The translations under genes were made by a program, and so were the position numbers. Of a stretch of 64,000 bases of DNA, positions 39,135-49,506 are shown piece after piece. The notes beneath the pieces were generated by a model. The model worked only from the letters and a program-made list of their open reading frames with translations. It was not told where the DNA came from and searched no databases. Positions within the stretch are counted from its first letter, which is position 1, and each line of letters starts with the position of its first letter. The stretch is from positions 672,001 to 736,000 of the forward strand of contig OY762940.1 in NCBI GenBank assembly GCA_963667255.1, given 5' to 3'. The stretch is from Candidatus Cloacimonadota bacterium. GTDB taxonomy: Bacteria > Cloacimonadota > Cloacimonadia > G963667145.

Positions 39135-42100
39135 CTAAATAAACAAATTTTTCAGCTCTTGGATGTTCATCTTCTTCAAACTTTCTTCCACACCTTCTAT
39201 CGTTTGTTCGAAAAGTTGTCGCTTCTTCGTTTGTAATTCCAAGATTTTCTCTTCAATAGTTCCTTGAGTGATAAGTTTGTAAACATTTATTTTTTTTGTT
39301 TGCCCGATGCGGTGTGTGCGGTCAATGGCTTGTTTCTCTACCATAGGATTCCACCACGGGTCAACCAATATCACGGTGTCCGCAGCCGTCAGATTTAGCC
39401 CCAATCCACCTACTTTTAGACTGAGCAAAAACACCTTTTTCTCTTCACTTTTGTTAAATTCGTTGATGATTTTTTGGCGATTTACGGTTGAGCCGTCCAT
39501 GTAGCTGAAATCGATTTTTTCTGAAATCAGGAAATTTTTCACAGTCTCCAGACTTTTTAGGAATTGAGCGAAAACCAAAATTTTCTTCTCGTTTTCCACA
39601 CAGATTTTTATCAAATTCGTAGCTGCTTCCATTTTGCCAGAAAATTCGGTTTGCTCCATGTCCAACAAATTCAACCCGTTAGCGATTTGGCGGAGCTTGG
39701 TGATGCCCGAGAGGATATGAATCGGCGTGATTTTTTTGTCGTTCAGGATAGATTTGCTGATTTGTTCCCACATGGAGTAGTAGTAGTTGTGCTGTTCGTC
39801 GCTCATCCCACAATAGATGACCTGTTCCTCTTTCGGCGAGAGTTCTTGCAAAATGTCGATTTTCTTTCGCCTCAAGATAAACGGAGAGATAATTTTTTGC
39901 AGGTAATTTTCTTTCGCCTTTGATTCGACCTCTTTCACAAAATTGTTATAGGCAGGCAGATACCCGGGCAGGAGAAAATCGAAAATTGACCAAAGGTCTT
40001 GCAACGAGTTTTCCACAGGAGTTCCCGAGATAGCCAGTTTATGCATGGCGGAAATGGTTTTCACGGCAACAGAGCGGGAAGAGATTTTGTTTTTTATAGA
40101 TTGGGCTTCGTCCAAAATTAGATAGAAAAAATTGTGCTTTTGGAAGATTTCGATATCCCGCAGAGCGATGGTATACGAGGCGACAAAAATTTTATTTTTA
40201 TCGTTAAGAAGCTCTTTTCTTTTTTCTTTGTTTCCCTGATAGTCAACCAGTTTGTCGCCAATCCCGAACTTTTCCCCTTCGGATATCCAGTTGTGCACCA
40301 AGGTCTTGGGACAGATAACCAAACTGTTTTCGCCTTCGGGCATCATCGTCAAGATTGACAACGCTTGCAATGTCTTCCCAGTTCCCATTTCATCAGCCAA
40401 AATTCCGTTCAAATGGTAAAACTCCAAGGTTTTCAGCCAGTTATAGCCGTTTACTTGGTAATGCCTGAGAAATCTTTCCAAAGGAGATACGGGGATATTT
40501 TGCATAGCCCGAGCGAGCAAATCGCTAATCATCTGCTTTAAGTAGCCGTCATCAATGTTAGTCCTTTCGTGGCTTATCGCATCTAATTGTATCAGTTTGT
40601 AAAGTGGTAACGAAAAGCTTTCTTCGGCAGAATCTAATCGTTGGTTCAGATTTTTTTCGATTAAATCTATCTGCTCGAAAGTTTGCTTGGAAATGATGAT
40701 TTTCTTCTCTTTGCTTACCTGATACTTTCTTTTGCCGTCCCGTTGCATCTTTTTCAGGACAGACAGAGGGATTTTTATTCTATCGAAACTGAAATTTATT
40801 TTTACTTGCAGTAGATTTTGCTGTAACGATTTGATGTCAAACTCAGGGAGCAAATCGACTTTTTGAGTCAGCAACTCTTGCAAATCTTTAGCAACTTCGA
40901 TTTTCCAAGCGGGATTTTCCACCTGATAAATATTGTCTTTTACCAACTCAACCTCGTAGCCTGTAAATTCCGTGTAATCGTCGGGGATTTTGCCGATAGT
41001 TTCGTAATAATCCTTTATCTCCGCCAAAAAATTTTGAGAAATGTAGCACCATTTCTCGCCATCGGGGAATTTTTGCAAACTCAAACTATACGAATTGAGA
41101 GCCTGACTCAGAGGCAAAGTGTGGTTTTCATCAAAAATAAGCTGAGCTTCCATGGTAATCTTTCCTGGGGGATGCGACAGTCGCATATGCAAAGTTGGTG
41201 GATTTGGCAGATGCTCAGGCAGAGGGCAGTCAATGTAACACTTGTGCCCCAATTTGGCAATTTTCTCTCGCACCAGCAAATGCATAAAGACGATTTCGAT
41301 ATCGTTCAGATAGTATTCACCATTCAATAACTTTCTCGCTTTAGCTTTGCTTATAGGCAAATGAGTAGAGTAGATGGTGTTGGCGGAACAAAAATATAAA
41401 CTGTTCCCCAAAAAGTAGTTGTCTGTGTTGAAATTTGTGCCCAGAGTTAGATTTTTGTCTTTGGAAACTCTTATCTCAAATTTTGGGCTTTCCTCTGCAA
41501 AAGTGAGAACTTCTTCTGTTTCCTTCAGTTTAATCTCGCCTTTGTTGAAAGTTTTCAAGATAAACAGCAATTCCGGTATTTTATTCATAGGGATTGTAAA
41601 ATATTTCTGTTTGGAATTAGTAAAAGAGCGATTTTTGACCAAGAATTTCAATAAAGCTATGTCTTCGTCCGAAAAAAGATTCCTATCTTGTTCAAAATTT
41701 TCCTTGTCCAAAGAGGTGTAGTAACCATTAAAATATACTCTTAACGGAGTATCGTGTGACAGCAGATTTTCTATGTAGATAGTTTTTTCGGATGTTAAAA
41801 CATCAAATTTATTGAAAATTGCGATTTCAGCTTCGAGATTTTGATTTCTGTCGCTTTCCATCAAATCCTGAACGGATAAGTGGTGGTAGCAATAGTCGAT
41901 AGCGGAAAAATAATGTGAGCAGTCTTTTCTGGAGCAGGCAGCACAATTATACGAAATGACTTTGTCCTCTTTTACATTGTAATCGATTTCGACTTTCAAG
42001 TTTAAGATTTTTTTCTCAGGAACTGAAGATAGGAGTATCTTGTAACTGTCTGTCCCTGATTTTCTTATCTTTACATTCAGTTCGTTTTTGGCGAATTTTA

Positions 42101-42158
42101 TAGCGTCTTTAAATAGCCAAGAGTTGGATTGATTCAAGTATTCTTTTTTTAAAATCAT
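39135..42158 (-). CDS. SNF2-family helicase with N-terminal SWIM-like Zn finger
   Basis: CAACSRKDCSH; LADEMGTGKT, DEAQ, SGTPVEN, QAIDRTHRIGQ. Confidence 0.93.
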   Translation of the reverse strand: MILKKEYLNQSNSWLFKDAIKFAKNELNVKIRKSGTDSYKILLSSVPEKKILNLKVEIDYNVKEDKVISYNCAACSRKDCSHYFSAIDYCYHHLSVQDLMESDRNQNLEAEIAIFNKFDVLTSEKTIYIENLLSHDTPLRVYFNGYYTSLDKENFEQDRNLFSDEDIALLKFLVKNRSFTNSKQKYFTIPMNKIPELLFILKTFNKGEIKLKETEEVLTFAEESPKFEIRVSKDKNLTLGTNFNTDNYFLGNSLYFCSANTIYSTHLPISKAKARKLLNGEYYLNDIEIVFMHLLVREKIAKLGHKCYIDCPLPEHLPNPPTLHMRLSHPPGKITMEAQLIFDENHTLPLSQALNSYSLSLQKFPDGEKWCYISQNFLAEIKDYYETIGKIPDDYTEFTGYEVELVKDNIYQVENPAWKIEVAKDLQELLTQKVDLLPEFDIKSLQQNLLQVKINFSFDRIKIPLSVLKKMQRDGKRKYQVSKEKKIIISKQTFEQIDLIEKNLNQRLDSAEESFSLPLYKLIQLDAISHERTNIDDGYLKQMISDLLARAMQNIPVSPLERFLRHYQVNGYNWLKTLEFYHLNGILADEMGTGKTLQALSILTMMPEGENSLVICPKTLVHNWISEGEKFGIGDKLVDYQGNKEKRKELLNDKNKIFVASYTIALRDIEIFQKHNFFYLILDEAQSIKNKISSRSVAVKTISAMHKLAISGTPVENSLQDLWSIFDFLLPGYLPAYNNFVKEVESKAKENYLQKIISPFILRRKKIDILQELSPKEEQVIYCGMSDEQHNYYYSMWEQISKSILNDKKITPIHILSGITKLRQIANGLNLLDMEQTEFSGKMEAATNLIKICVENEKKILVFAQFLKSLETVKNFLISEKIDFSYMDGSTVNRQKIINEFNKSEEKKVFLLSLKVGGLGLNLTAADTVILVDPWWNPMVEKQAIDRTHRIGQTKKINVYKLITQGTIEEKILELQTKKRQLFEQTIEGVEESLKKMNIQELKNLFI

Positions 42159-42306
42159 TGTTTCATGGCTATAAAAATCAATATTTTGTCAAGGAAAGAA
42201 AACGCAAAAGACGAACTATTTTTTGACAAAACAATGCTTGACAAATGACCTGTTTATAAATGAAAAGTGATAGTAGTATGGGAATTTTGGACAAAATTTT
42301 GCGAGG

Positions 42307-42672
42307 TTGAAAATGGATATATCAAAAAAAATTGCCGAGATGAAGAAGCTGCCGAGATTTGTAGAAAAAGTAGGAATGGTGCTTGCTCACAACGGAATGG
42401 TCCGAGGCACTTCCCGAGATGGAAAGCCGGTAAAATCTCTGACCGTGAAAGCCGATTATGAGAGAATAGAAAAGTTGATAGAGAAGTATTCACAAGCGGA
42501 AGGGATTTTCAAAATCGTCGTTGAAGCGAAAGAGGGAACTTTTGTTCCGGGCGATGATTTGCTCTTCATCGTAGTCGCCGGCGATATTCGTCCTAATGTC
42601 AAAAAAGTGCTTGGCGAGATTTTGGAAGAGATTAAAACGACATGTTTTGAAAAGCATGAAATATTAGTATAG
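42307..42672 (+). CDS. MoaE-like molybdopterin synthase large-subunit protein
   Basis: GMVLAHNGMVR, GDDLLFIVVAGDIR, EIK..KHE. Confidence 0.75.
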   Translation: MKMDISKKIAEMKKLPRFVEKVGMVLAHNGMVRGTSRDGKPVKSLTVKADYERIEKLIEKYSQAEGIFKIVVEAKEGTFVPGDDLLFIVVAGDIRPNVKKVLGEILEEIKTTCFEKHEILV

Positions 42673-42686
42673 ATTTTGGAGCAAAT

Positions 42687-43130
42687 ATGGAAAAGTTGCC
42701 GATTGCCAGTGACCATGCAGGTTTTGAGTTAAAACAAGAAATAATTGAATACTTGTCTACAAAGTTTCAAGTTGAAGATTTCGGTTGTTATAGTTGTGAG
42801 TCGATAGATTACCCTGATTTCGGATTTTCTTTGGCAGAGGCTGTCGCTTCGGGGAAATTTTTCAGAGGAATTTTGCTCTGTGGTTCGGGAATTGGTATGA
42901 GCATAGTTGCCAATAAAGTCAAAGGGATAAGAGCCGCTTTGTGCCATCGTCCCGAGTTCGCTGCTCTCTCTCGTCAGCATAATAACTCCAACATTTTGGT
43001 TTTGTCGGCACGATTTTTGTCTATCGAACAAGCTAAAGAAATTATCGATGTTTGGCTGAATACGGAGTTCGAAGGTGGTCGCCATCAAAAGAGATTGGAC
43101 AAAATAACAGCTTATGAAAATAAGGTTTAG
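42687..43130 (+). CDS. rpiB: ribose-5-phosphate isomerase B
   Basis: SDHAG, DYPD, CGSGIG, HNNSN, GGRHQKR. Confidence 0.96.
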   Translation: MEKLPIASDHAGFELKQEIIEYLSTKFQVEDFGCYSCESIDYPDFGFSLAEAVASGKFFRGILLCGSGIGMSIVANKVKGIRAALCHRPEFAALSRQHNNSNILVLSARFLSIEQAKEIIDVWLNTEFEGGRHQKRLDKITAYENKV

Positions 43131-43201
43131 TTTGTAAATTGCTTGACTGGTTTAGGGAAAATCTTAACTGAACGAGAGTTTTAAATTTAGGAGAAAATAT
43201 C

Positions 43202-44161
43202 ATGAAAGTGTCTGTTTTAGGTTGTGGACGATGGGGCGGATTTATTGCCTGGTATTTAAGCACTGTCAAAAAATTTCAAGTCACGAGTTGGGGACCGACG
43301 GAAGACCCGATTTTCCAGAAGTTGGTTGCTACAGGAGTTAACGACTATCTGACTTTCCCCAAGGAGATATTGATTACCGATGATTTGGACAAGGCTTTGG
43401 AGTCGGATTTATTGGTAATTTCCATCAGCTCTCAAAGGCTGAGACAGTTCTCCGAGCGGTTAAATTCTCACGATTTGCAAGGGAAAACTTTTGTTTTGGC
43501 TATGAAAGGGATGGAAGAAACCAGTGGCAAAAGGCTCACGCAAGTTGTTAGGGAGCAAATCAAGCAGAACATTAATTTGGCTGTTTGGGTTGGCCCCGGA
43601 CATGTTCAGAGCTTTACCAAGATGATACCAAATTGCATGGTTATTTGTTCGGATAGCAAGGAGTTGACGATAAAATTGGTAGATATTTTGGAGAGTTCGC
43701 TAATCCGTTTTTATTATGGCGACGATTTGATTGGTAACGAAGTGGGAGCGGCTGCCAAAAATGTGATGGGTTTGGCTGCGGGGATGTTGGACGGAATGAA
43801 ATTGCAAGCGATGAAAGGAGCCTTGATGGCTCGTGGAGCAAGAGAGATTTCTCGACTTATGGAGGCGATGGGCGGCAAAGCTATCACAGCTTATGGGTTG
43901 TGCCACTTGGGCGATTATGAAGCGACACTTTTTTCTCAAAATAGCAACAATCGGAAGTTTGGGCAGATGATTGTTGAGGGCGAAAAATTCGACAAATTGG
44001 CTGAAGGTGTTGCTACCAGTAGTGCTATCCTGCGGATTGCCGAGAAACTCGGCGTCGATATGCCTATCACTGCGGTGGTAAACAAAATAGTTAATCATGA
44101 TGCTGACCCCAAGCAAGAGATTAAAAATCTATTTTTGAGACCTTTGAAGCACGAGTTTTGA
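43202..44161 (+). CDS. gpsA: NAD(P)H-dependent glycerol-3-phosphate dehydrogenase
   Basis: GCGRWG, KG, GP, KNV, GD..SNNRKFG, AEG. Confidence 0.92.
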   Translation: MKVSVLGCGRWGGFIAWYLSTVKKFQVTSWGPTEDPIFQKLVATGVNDYLTFPKEILITDDLDKALESDLLVISISSQRLRQFSERLNSHDLQGKTFVLAMKGMEETSGKRLTQVVREQIKQNINLAVWVGPGHVQSFTKMIPNCMVICSDSKELTIKLVDILESSLIRFYYGDDLIGNEVGAAAKNVMGLAAGMLDGMKLQAMKGALMARGAREISRLMEAMGGKAITAYGLCHLGDYEATLFSQNSNNRKFGQMIVEGEKFDKLAEGVATSSAILRIAEKLGVDMPITAVVNKIVNHDADPKQEIKNLFLRPLKHEF

Positions 44162-45045
44162 AATTGAAAAAGAGTAGATTTTACAAGATTGCCGTTTTGG
44201 TTTTGCTGATTTTGGCAGTAGGATATTACGGGGCGTATCGCTATTTCCGAGACAAATTGACTCCTCTTGATGTCAGCGGGTATGTAAATCTTTTTAATCC
44301 TGATTTTGCACTTCAGCTCGATTCCGTGAGTTATACTTTCCCTTTGTGGATTCATTTGCACAAAGGTGTTTTTTATTATAATCAAGAACCTGTTTTGAAC
44401 TTTGACGAGGCTGAAATTTCTGTCGGTTTTTTCTCTATTTTTATGAATCAAAAGAAATTTACTTTTGATTTCGAGATTGCGGATGGCAATATTCTTGGAG
44501 ATTATTTTGGGGACGATTTGGAGATTAAAATTGCGGGCGTTGATTTGCAACAAATTCCAGTTTTTAGTAATTACAAGTTCAAAGGTGTTGTGAATGCGAA
44601 GTTGGGAATGGAATTTGTAAATAGTAAAATTTCAAAAGGCAATTATAAAGCGACAATTTCCAATCTCGGTTTTACAGCTAAGAACGATTTTGTTACTGAT
44701 ACTTCTTTGAACTTGGGTCAGCTTGCTTTAGATATTGTTGTCAAGGATAGTTTGTTGAGCGTAAATAAAGTTAAATTGTCAGGGAAAGAGTTGGAACTTG
44801 CGGGATTTGGCGATGTTGTTTTCCATACCGATAAGTCGTGGGTTGTTGATTTCCGAGGCAAAAAACAGTTTTCGCCATCATTTTTCGATAAAATAAAGAA
44901 CGGTTTTTTTATAGGCTTGTATTTGTCGGATGCGATAGGCAAAGATTGTTATTTCAAAATCGATTATGGCAAAAACGGGCTTGATTATAGGAAGATTAAA
45001 GAGACAGACAAAATTTCCGAATTGGAAGAAAAATTGGAAATGTAA
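44158..45045 (+). CDS. membrane-anchored beta-rich protein, possibly GspN/AsmA-like
   Basis: N-terminal TM followed by repeating beta strands; weak resemblance only. Confidence 0.35.
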   Translation: MKLKKSRFYKIAVLVLLILAVGYYGAYRYFRDKLTPLDVSGYVNLFNPDFALQLDSVSYTFPLWIHLHKGVFYYNQEPVLNFDEAEISVGFFSIFMNQKKFTFDFEIADGNILGDYFGDDLEIKIAGVDLQQIPVFSNYKFKGVVNAKLGMEFVNSKISKGNYKATISNLGFTAKNDFVTDTSLNLGQLALDIVVKDSLLSVNKVKLSGKELELAGFGDVVFHTDKSWVVDFRGKKQFSPSFFDKIKNGFFIGLYLSDAIGKDCYFKIDYGKNGLDYRKIKETDKISELEEKLEM

Positions 45046-45057
45046 CGGAGAAATAAA

Positions 45058-45435
45058 ATGAAAATAGAAGTTTCGATTGGTGAAGTGGTGGACAAGGTAA
45101 GTATCTTATCTATAAAATTGGAAAAATTTAAAGATGAAGCTAAAAAGGCAAATGTAAAAACGGAGTTTGATATTTTGGCTCCAGAAATGGAAAAAGCTGG
45201 TGTGAGCCTTTCCTCAAAAGAGTTTGCAGATTTGAAAGCGGTAAATTTGCTTCTTTGGGATATAGAAGATTCTATCAGAATAAAAGAATCCAAAGGCGAA
45301 TTTGATGACGAATTTATCCAAATTGCTCGCAGTGTTTATTTTAAAAACGACATCAGAGCAGAAATAAAAAAAGAAATCAATTTAAAATTTGGTTCGCTTT
45401 TGGTGGAAGAAAAAGAGTATGTGGAGTATAAATAA
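45058..45435 (+). CDS. DUF6165-like protein
   Basis: VSIGEVVDKVSILSIK, LWDIEDSIR, ARSVYFKNDIR, EEKEY. Confidence 0.75.
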   Translation: MKIEVSIGEVVDKVSILSIKLEKFKDEAKKANVKTEFDILAPEMEKAGVSLSSKEFADLKAVNLLLWDIEDSIRIKESKGEFDDEFIQIARSVYFKNDIRAEIKKEINLKFGSLLVEEKEYVEYK

Positions 45436-45447
45436 AGGCTGTATAAT

Positions 45448-46368
45448 TTGAAAATCTTGCTTTTTTGTAATGGGTCTATTGGGAATACAATTATGTATTC
45501 TCCTGTGTTTGTTTCTTTAAAGAAATGGTTTCCCGATTCTCAAATTGATGTGGTTTTTGATGAACTTGGAAAGCAACTTTATGGCACGGACAAAAACATA
45601 GATAAGATATATCTTTTTAATCGAAAAAATGATGGATTAAAAAAACAACTTGCTTTAATTAAACAATTTAGAAAAGAGCATTATGCTTATTCTTTTCACT
45701 TTCGTAGTGGAGTGCGAAACGAAATGTTGGCATATTTTGCTAATGTGAAAAGAAGAATAGGTTATAGGCTAAAAGGTTCTTTTCAGTTTTTAACAGATAA
45801 ATTTGAAAAGCAAGTTAATTTGCATGCCAGTGAAAATTATAAATTTTTGATAGAAAAAGTTTTTGATAAAACTTCTGTTGATTTTCCTTTTCTTCCGCTT
45901 AATGATAATTATAAAGAAGAAGTTAGTAAAATATTGGAAGACAAAAAACAAGCTAATGATTATGTAGTAATGCATCCATTTGGGACAACTATTTCTAAGG
46001 AAAATTGGAATTTGAAACTTTTTTATGAGCTAATTGTAAAAATAGAAAAGCCAATTTTTATTTTTGGAACGAATTTAGAAATTTCTAACTTAAAAAAAGT
46101 CGAAAAAACTAATGTATATCTTATGGTAAATAGAGATTTAGCTTTTGTTTCAGAGTTTATTAGAGGGGCAAGTTTTTTCATAGGCAACGACAGCAGTTTA
46201 TTTCATATGGCAGAATGCCATGATGTTAGAAGTTTTGTTTTTTTTCAAAAGGATAAAGAGAATTTTAACAAATGGAAACCCTTAAAAAATACCTCAACCT
46301 ATTATTTTGTTGAGGAAGAAAACGACAAGATTTTAAGTGAGATAGTAAAAGCTATAAATGAAAATTAA
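45448..46368 (+). CDS. family 9 glycosyltransferase (heptosyltransferase-like)
   Basis: SIGNTIM, HPFG, FIGNDSSLFHMA. Confidence 0.82.
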   Translation: MKILLFCNGSIGNTIMYSPVFVSLKKWFPDSQIDVVFDELGKQLYGTDKNIDKIYLFNRKNDGLKKQLALIKQFRKEHYAYSFHFRSGVRNEMLAYFANVKRRIGYRLKGSFQFLTDKFEKQVNLHASENYKFLIEKVFDKTSVDFPFLPLNDNYKEEVSKILEDKKQANDYVVMHPFGTTISKENWNLKLFYELIVKIEKPIFIFGTNLEISNLKKVEKTNVYLMVNRDLAFVSEFIRGASFFIGNDSSLFHMAECHDVRSFVFFQKDKENFNKWKPLKNTSTYYFVEEENDKILSEIVKAINEN

Positions 46369-46386
46369 AATTTAGAGAGAAAGATA

Positions 46387-47337
46387 ATGGAAAGTGATGT
46401 AGCAGTGGTAATACCTTATTACAATTGTGAGCGATTTTTTATCAAAAGAACTATCGAATCTATATTGAACCAAACTTATAAAAACTTTAAATTATATGTG
46501 GTAAATGATGGTTCCTGTGATGAAAAAAAACAAATGCTTGTAGATTTGGTAAAAAAGTTTGCTGATGATAGAATAATTCTTTTGCACAAAGAAAATAGCG
46601 GAACCGGAGATACTCGCAGGTTTGGAATAGAATATGCTAAAGAAAAATATATTGCTTTGTGTGATCAAGATGATACTTGGAAACCTGAAAAATTAGAAAA
46701 GCAAAAAAAGTTTTTGGAGGATAATAATTATGATTTTGTTTCTTGTAGAGATACTCGTCATTATTTTAAAGGCGAAACTCTTATAAGAACAAAAGAAAAC
46801 AATTATGAGCCAATTAATAAAAATACCAATTATTTAGAAACAGCGAAAACTTTATTATGTGATATAAAGTGGCAAGGTGGACTTCCTTCAACAATGTTTT
46901 TTAAAAGGGAAGTTTTTATTAAAGCTTTACCTTGTATTCTACTTGAAAAAGATATTACAGAAGATATATCTATGCTTTTGGCAATTACTTATTGTGGAGT
47001 AAATTATGGATTTTCAGAAGATAAATTAGTTTATTATTCCTTACACCCTTCTAATAAGTCTAAATCTATAAATATTAATGAAACTTATAATTTAAAGCAT
47101 ATTTTTTACTATCTTGATTTATTTGAAAAAAAGTTTCCTTCAAAGGAATTTGCAAAGATAAAGAAACAAGCTCTATACAATACATATTTGAATTATTCCA
47201 GTAGACTTTTTTATGCTGGAGAACCCAAAAGAGCTTTTCAAGCTATTAGTAATTCATTGAAATATAGAATTACAGCCAAAAATTTACGAAGATTTATTAA
47301 ATATTGGTTGTGTAATTGTAAAAAATTTATTAATTAA
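46387..47337 (+). CDS. family 2 glycosyltransferase (tandem copy 1)
   Basis: VVIPYYN, VNDGS, CDQDD, EDI. Confidence 0.9.
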   Translation: MESDVAVVIPYYNCERFFIKRTIESILNQTYKNFKLYVVNDGSCDEKKQMLVDLVKKFADDRIILLHKENSGTGDTRRFGIEYAKEKYIALCDQDDTWKPEKLEKQKKFLEDNNYDFVSCRDTRHYFKGETLIRTKENNYEPINKNTNYLETAKTLLCDIKWQGGLPSTMFFKREVFIKALPCILLEKDITEDISMLLAITYCGVNYGFSEDKLVYYSLHPSNKSKSININETYNLKHIFYYLDLFEKKFPSKEFAKIKKQALYNTYLNYSSRLFYAGEPKRAFQAISNSLKYRITAKNLRRFIKYWLCNCKKFIN

Positions 47338-47350
47338 TTTAAGAATATAT

Positions 47351-48316
47351 ATGAAATTTGAGTTTAAAAGTGATATTGCAGTAATAGTACCATTTTATAA
47401 CTGCGAAAAGTTTTTTATCAAAAGAACTATCGAATCTATATTGAACCAAACTTATAAAAACTTTAAATTATATGTGGTAAATGATGGTTCCTGTGATGAA
47501 AAAAAAAAAATGCTTGTAGATTTGGTAAAAAAGTTTGCTGATGATAGAATAATTCTTTTGCACAAAGAAAATAGCGGAACCGGAGATACTCGCAGATTTG
47601 GAATAGAATATGCTAAAGAAAAATATATTGCTTTGTGTGATCAAGATGATACTTGGAAACCTGAAAAATTAGAAAAGCAAAAAAAGTTTTTAATAAAAAA
47701 TAATTGTGATTTTGTTTCTTGTAGGGATACTCGCTATTATTTCAAGGGTGAAGAATTAATAAAAATAAAAGAAAATAGTTATGAACCAATTAGCGAACCA
47801 GCAACTTCATTGAATGTTGCAAAAAGTTATCTTTGTTCAATAAGTTGGCATGGTGGAATTGTTCCTTCAAATACTTTTTTTACGCGAGATTGTTTTTTCA
47901 GATCTTTGCCTTATATATTATTAGATAAGGATATTTGTGAAGATTTATCAATGGTATTATCTTTTGCTTTTTGTGGAGTTAATTTTGGGTTTCTTGACGA
48001 AATTTTGGTCTTTTATTCTGTTCATGCTAATAATAAAGGAAAGTCGATTAATACTAATGAAACTTATAATTTAAAGCATATTTTTTATTATCTTGACTTA
48101 TTTGAAAAAAAGTTTTCTCCAAAGGAATTTGCTAAAATTAAGAAACAAACTTTATATAATACTTACTTAAATTATTCTGGAAGACTTTTTGATGCTGGAG
48201 AAATAGGTAAAGCTTTTCAAGCGATTAGTAATTCATTGAAATATAGAATTACAGCCAAAAATTTACGAAGATTTATTAAATATAAAATTTTGCTTTCTAA
48301 AAAGGGGGAAAAATGA
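47351..48316 (+). CDS. family 2 glycosyltransferase (tandem copy 2)
   Basis: Same motifs; 281-bp near-identical block shared with copy 1. Confidence 0.9.
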   Translation: MKFEFKSDIAVIVPFYNCEKFFIKRTIESILNQTYKNFKLYVVNDGSCDEKKKMLVDLVKKFADDRIILLHKENSGTGDTRRFGIEYAKEKYIALCDQDDTWKPEKLEKQKKFLIKNNCDFVSCRDTRYYFKGEELIKIKENSYEPISEPATSLNVAKSYLCSISWHGGIVPSNTFFTRDCFFRSLPYILLDKDICEDLSMVLSFAFCGVNFGFLDEILVFYSVHANNKGKSINTNETYNLKHIFYYLDLFEKKFSPKEFAKIKKQTLYNTYLNYSGRLFDAGEIGKAFQAISNSLKYRITAKNLRRFIKYKILLSKKGEK

Positions 48317-49494
48317 TAGGTACTTTTAAAAAAATTAAATTGGAATATGTTATTATTTTACTAATTGGGTTGATTTTTTTCCTTATTCCTTATGTAAAAT
48401 ATATACCAGAACTGTCAGCTTATTTATTAATAGCATGCTTATTTTTAAAAAATAGAAAACAAGGATTGAATTTCCTTGTAAATAAAGAAAACAAGTATTT
48501 TTTTTATCTATTTATGGCTTATTATTTTTGGATAAGTTTGAATTTGATTTTTAATTATAGTGGTTATAATGTAGTAATGTTACAAAAATATAGTGGATTT
48601 TTCTTTTTCCCTTTTATTTTTGCATTTATCAAGGTAAATATTAAAAAAATTAATATTTCTTTTTTTCTTTTTTGTTATATTGTGGCTATCACCATTTTGG
48701 GAACATTTTGTTTAATTAGAGGAATAATCTATGATAGAATGTATTACTCCGAATTTTCCTATTTTCATCCTGCATGGCTTTCTATGTGTTGTTCCATAGG
48801 ACTTGCTTTTTCTATTTATTTATGGAATACTCTAAAGAAAAATTTTTGGATTATTATTTTTTTAAGTTTCTCTATTATTATTTATTTGTTATGCATTTAT
48901 TTTTGCATGAGTAGAGCTGGTATTTTTTCTATGAGTGTTGTTTTATTTCTTGGGGTTATTTTTTATTTAACGAAAATAAAAAAAATTATTGCTTTTTCCT
49001 TTTTTGTATTATTATTTATAGTGTTCAATATAGGAATGAAAAATTATAGGAATTTTTCTCTAACTAAGGATAACACAAGAACTATTTTAGCTAAATCTGC
49101 AATAAAAGTTTCTTTAAGTGAGCCAGAAATATTTTTTTTGGGAGTGGGACCAACAAATACTTCAATTGTTTTAAATAAATATTTAAAAAATACCAATATT
49201 TCAGATGTTGTTAAGCAAGCAAATAATTACAATACTCACAATATTTTTTTAAATGAATTGCTTAAATATGGAGTTTTTGCTTTTCTTATGTGGATTTTGC
49301 TTTTTATATTAGCTATAATAAAAGGAATTAGAGCAAAAAATTTTATTTTATTAAATATTATTATGATTTTTTTAATCCATTTTTCATTGGATGCCTACAT
49401 ACTTTGGTATAGAATCGGGATTTTTTCTTTTGCATTCTTGTTTTGTTTTTTTATATTTTTCTTTAGAAAAGAAGAAAATCATATTATTGAATAA
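48313..49494 (+). CDS. O-antigen ligase/polymerase family membrane protein
   Basis: Many TM helices; SRAG, R..GVG, NTHNIFL..YG. Confidence 0.8.
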   Translation: MIGTFKKIKLEYVIILLIGLIFFLIPYVKYIPELSAYLLIACLFLKNRKQGLNFLVNKENKYFFYLFMAYYFWISLNLIFNYSGYNVVMLQKYSGFFFFPFIFAFIKVNIKKINISFFLFCYIVAITILGTFCLIRGIIYDRMYYSEFSYFHPAWLSMCCSIGLAFSIYLWNTLKKNFWIIIFLSFSIIIYLLCIYFCMSRAGIFSMSVVLFLGVIFYLTKIKKIIAFSFFVLLFIVFNIGMKNYRNFSLTKDNTRTILAKSAIKVSLSEPEIFFLGVGPTNTSIVLNKYLKNTNISDVVKQANNYNTHNIFLNELLKYGVFAFLMWILLFILAIIKGIRAKNFILLNIIMIFLIHFSLDAYILWYRIGIFSFAFLFCFFIFFFRKEENHIIE

Positions 49495-49506
49495 ATAAGG
49501 CATGAA

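Noticed and set aside
39135..42158. SNF2 helicase as a defence system
   Set aside because: Solitary SWIM-SNF2 helicases are common, and no methylase, nuclease or other defence partner is adjacent.
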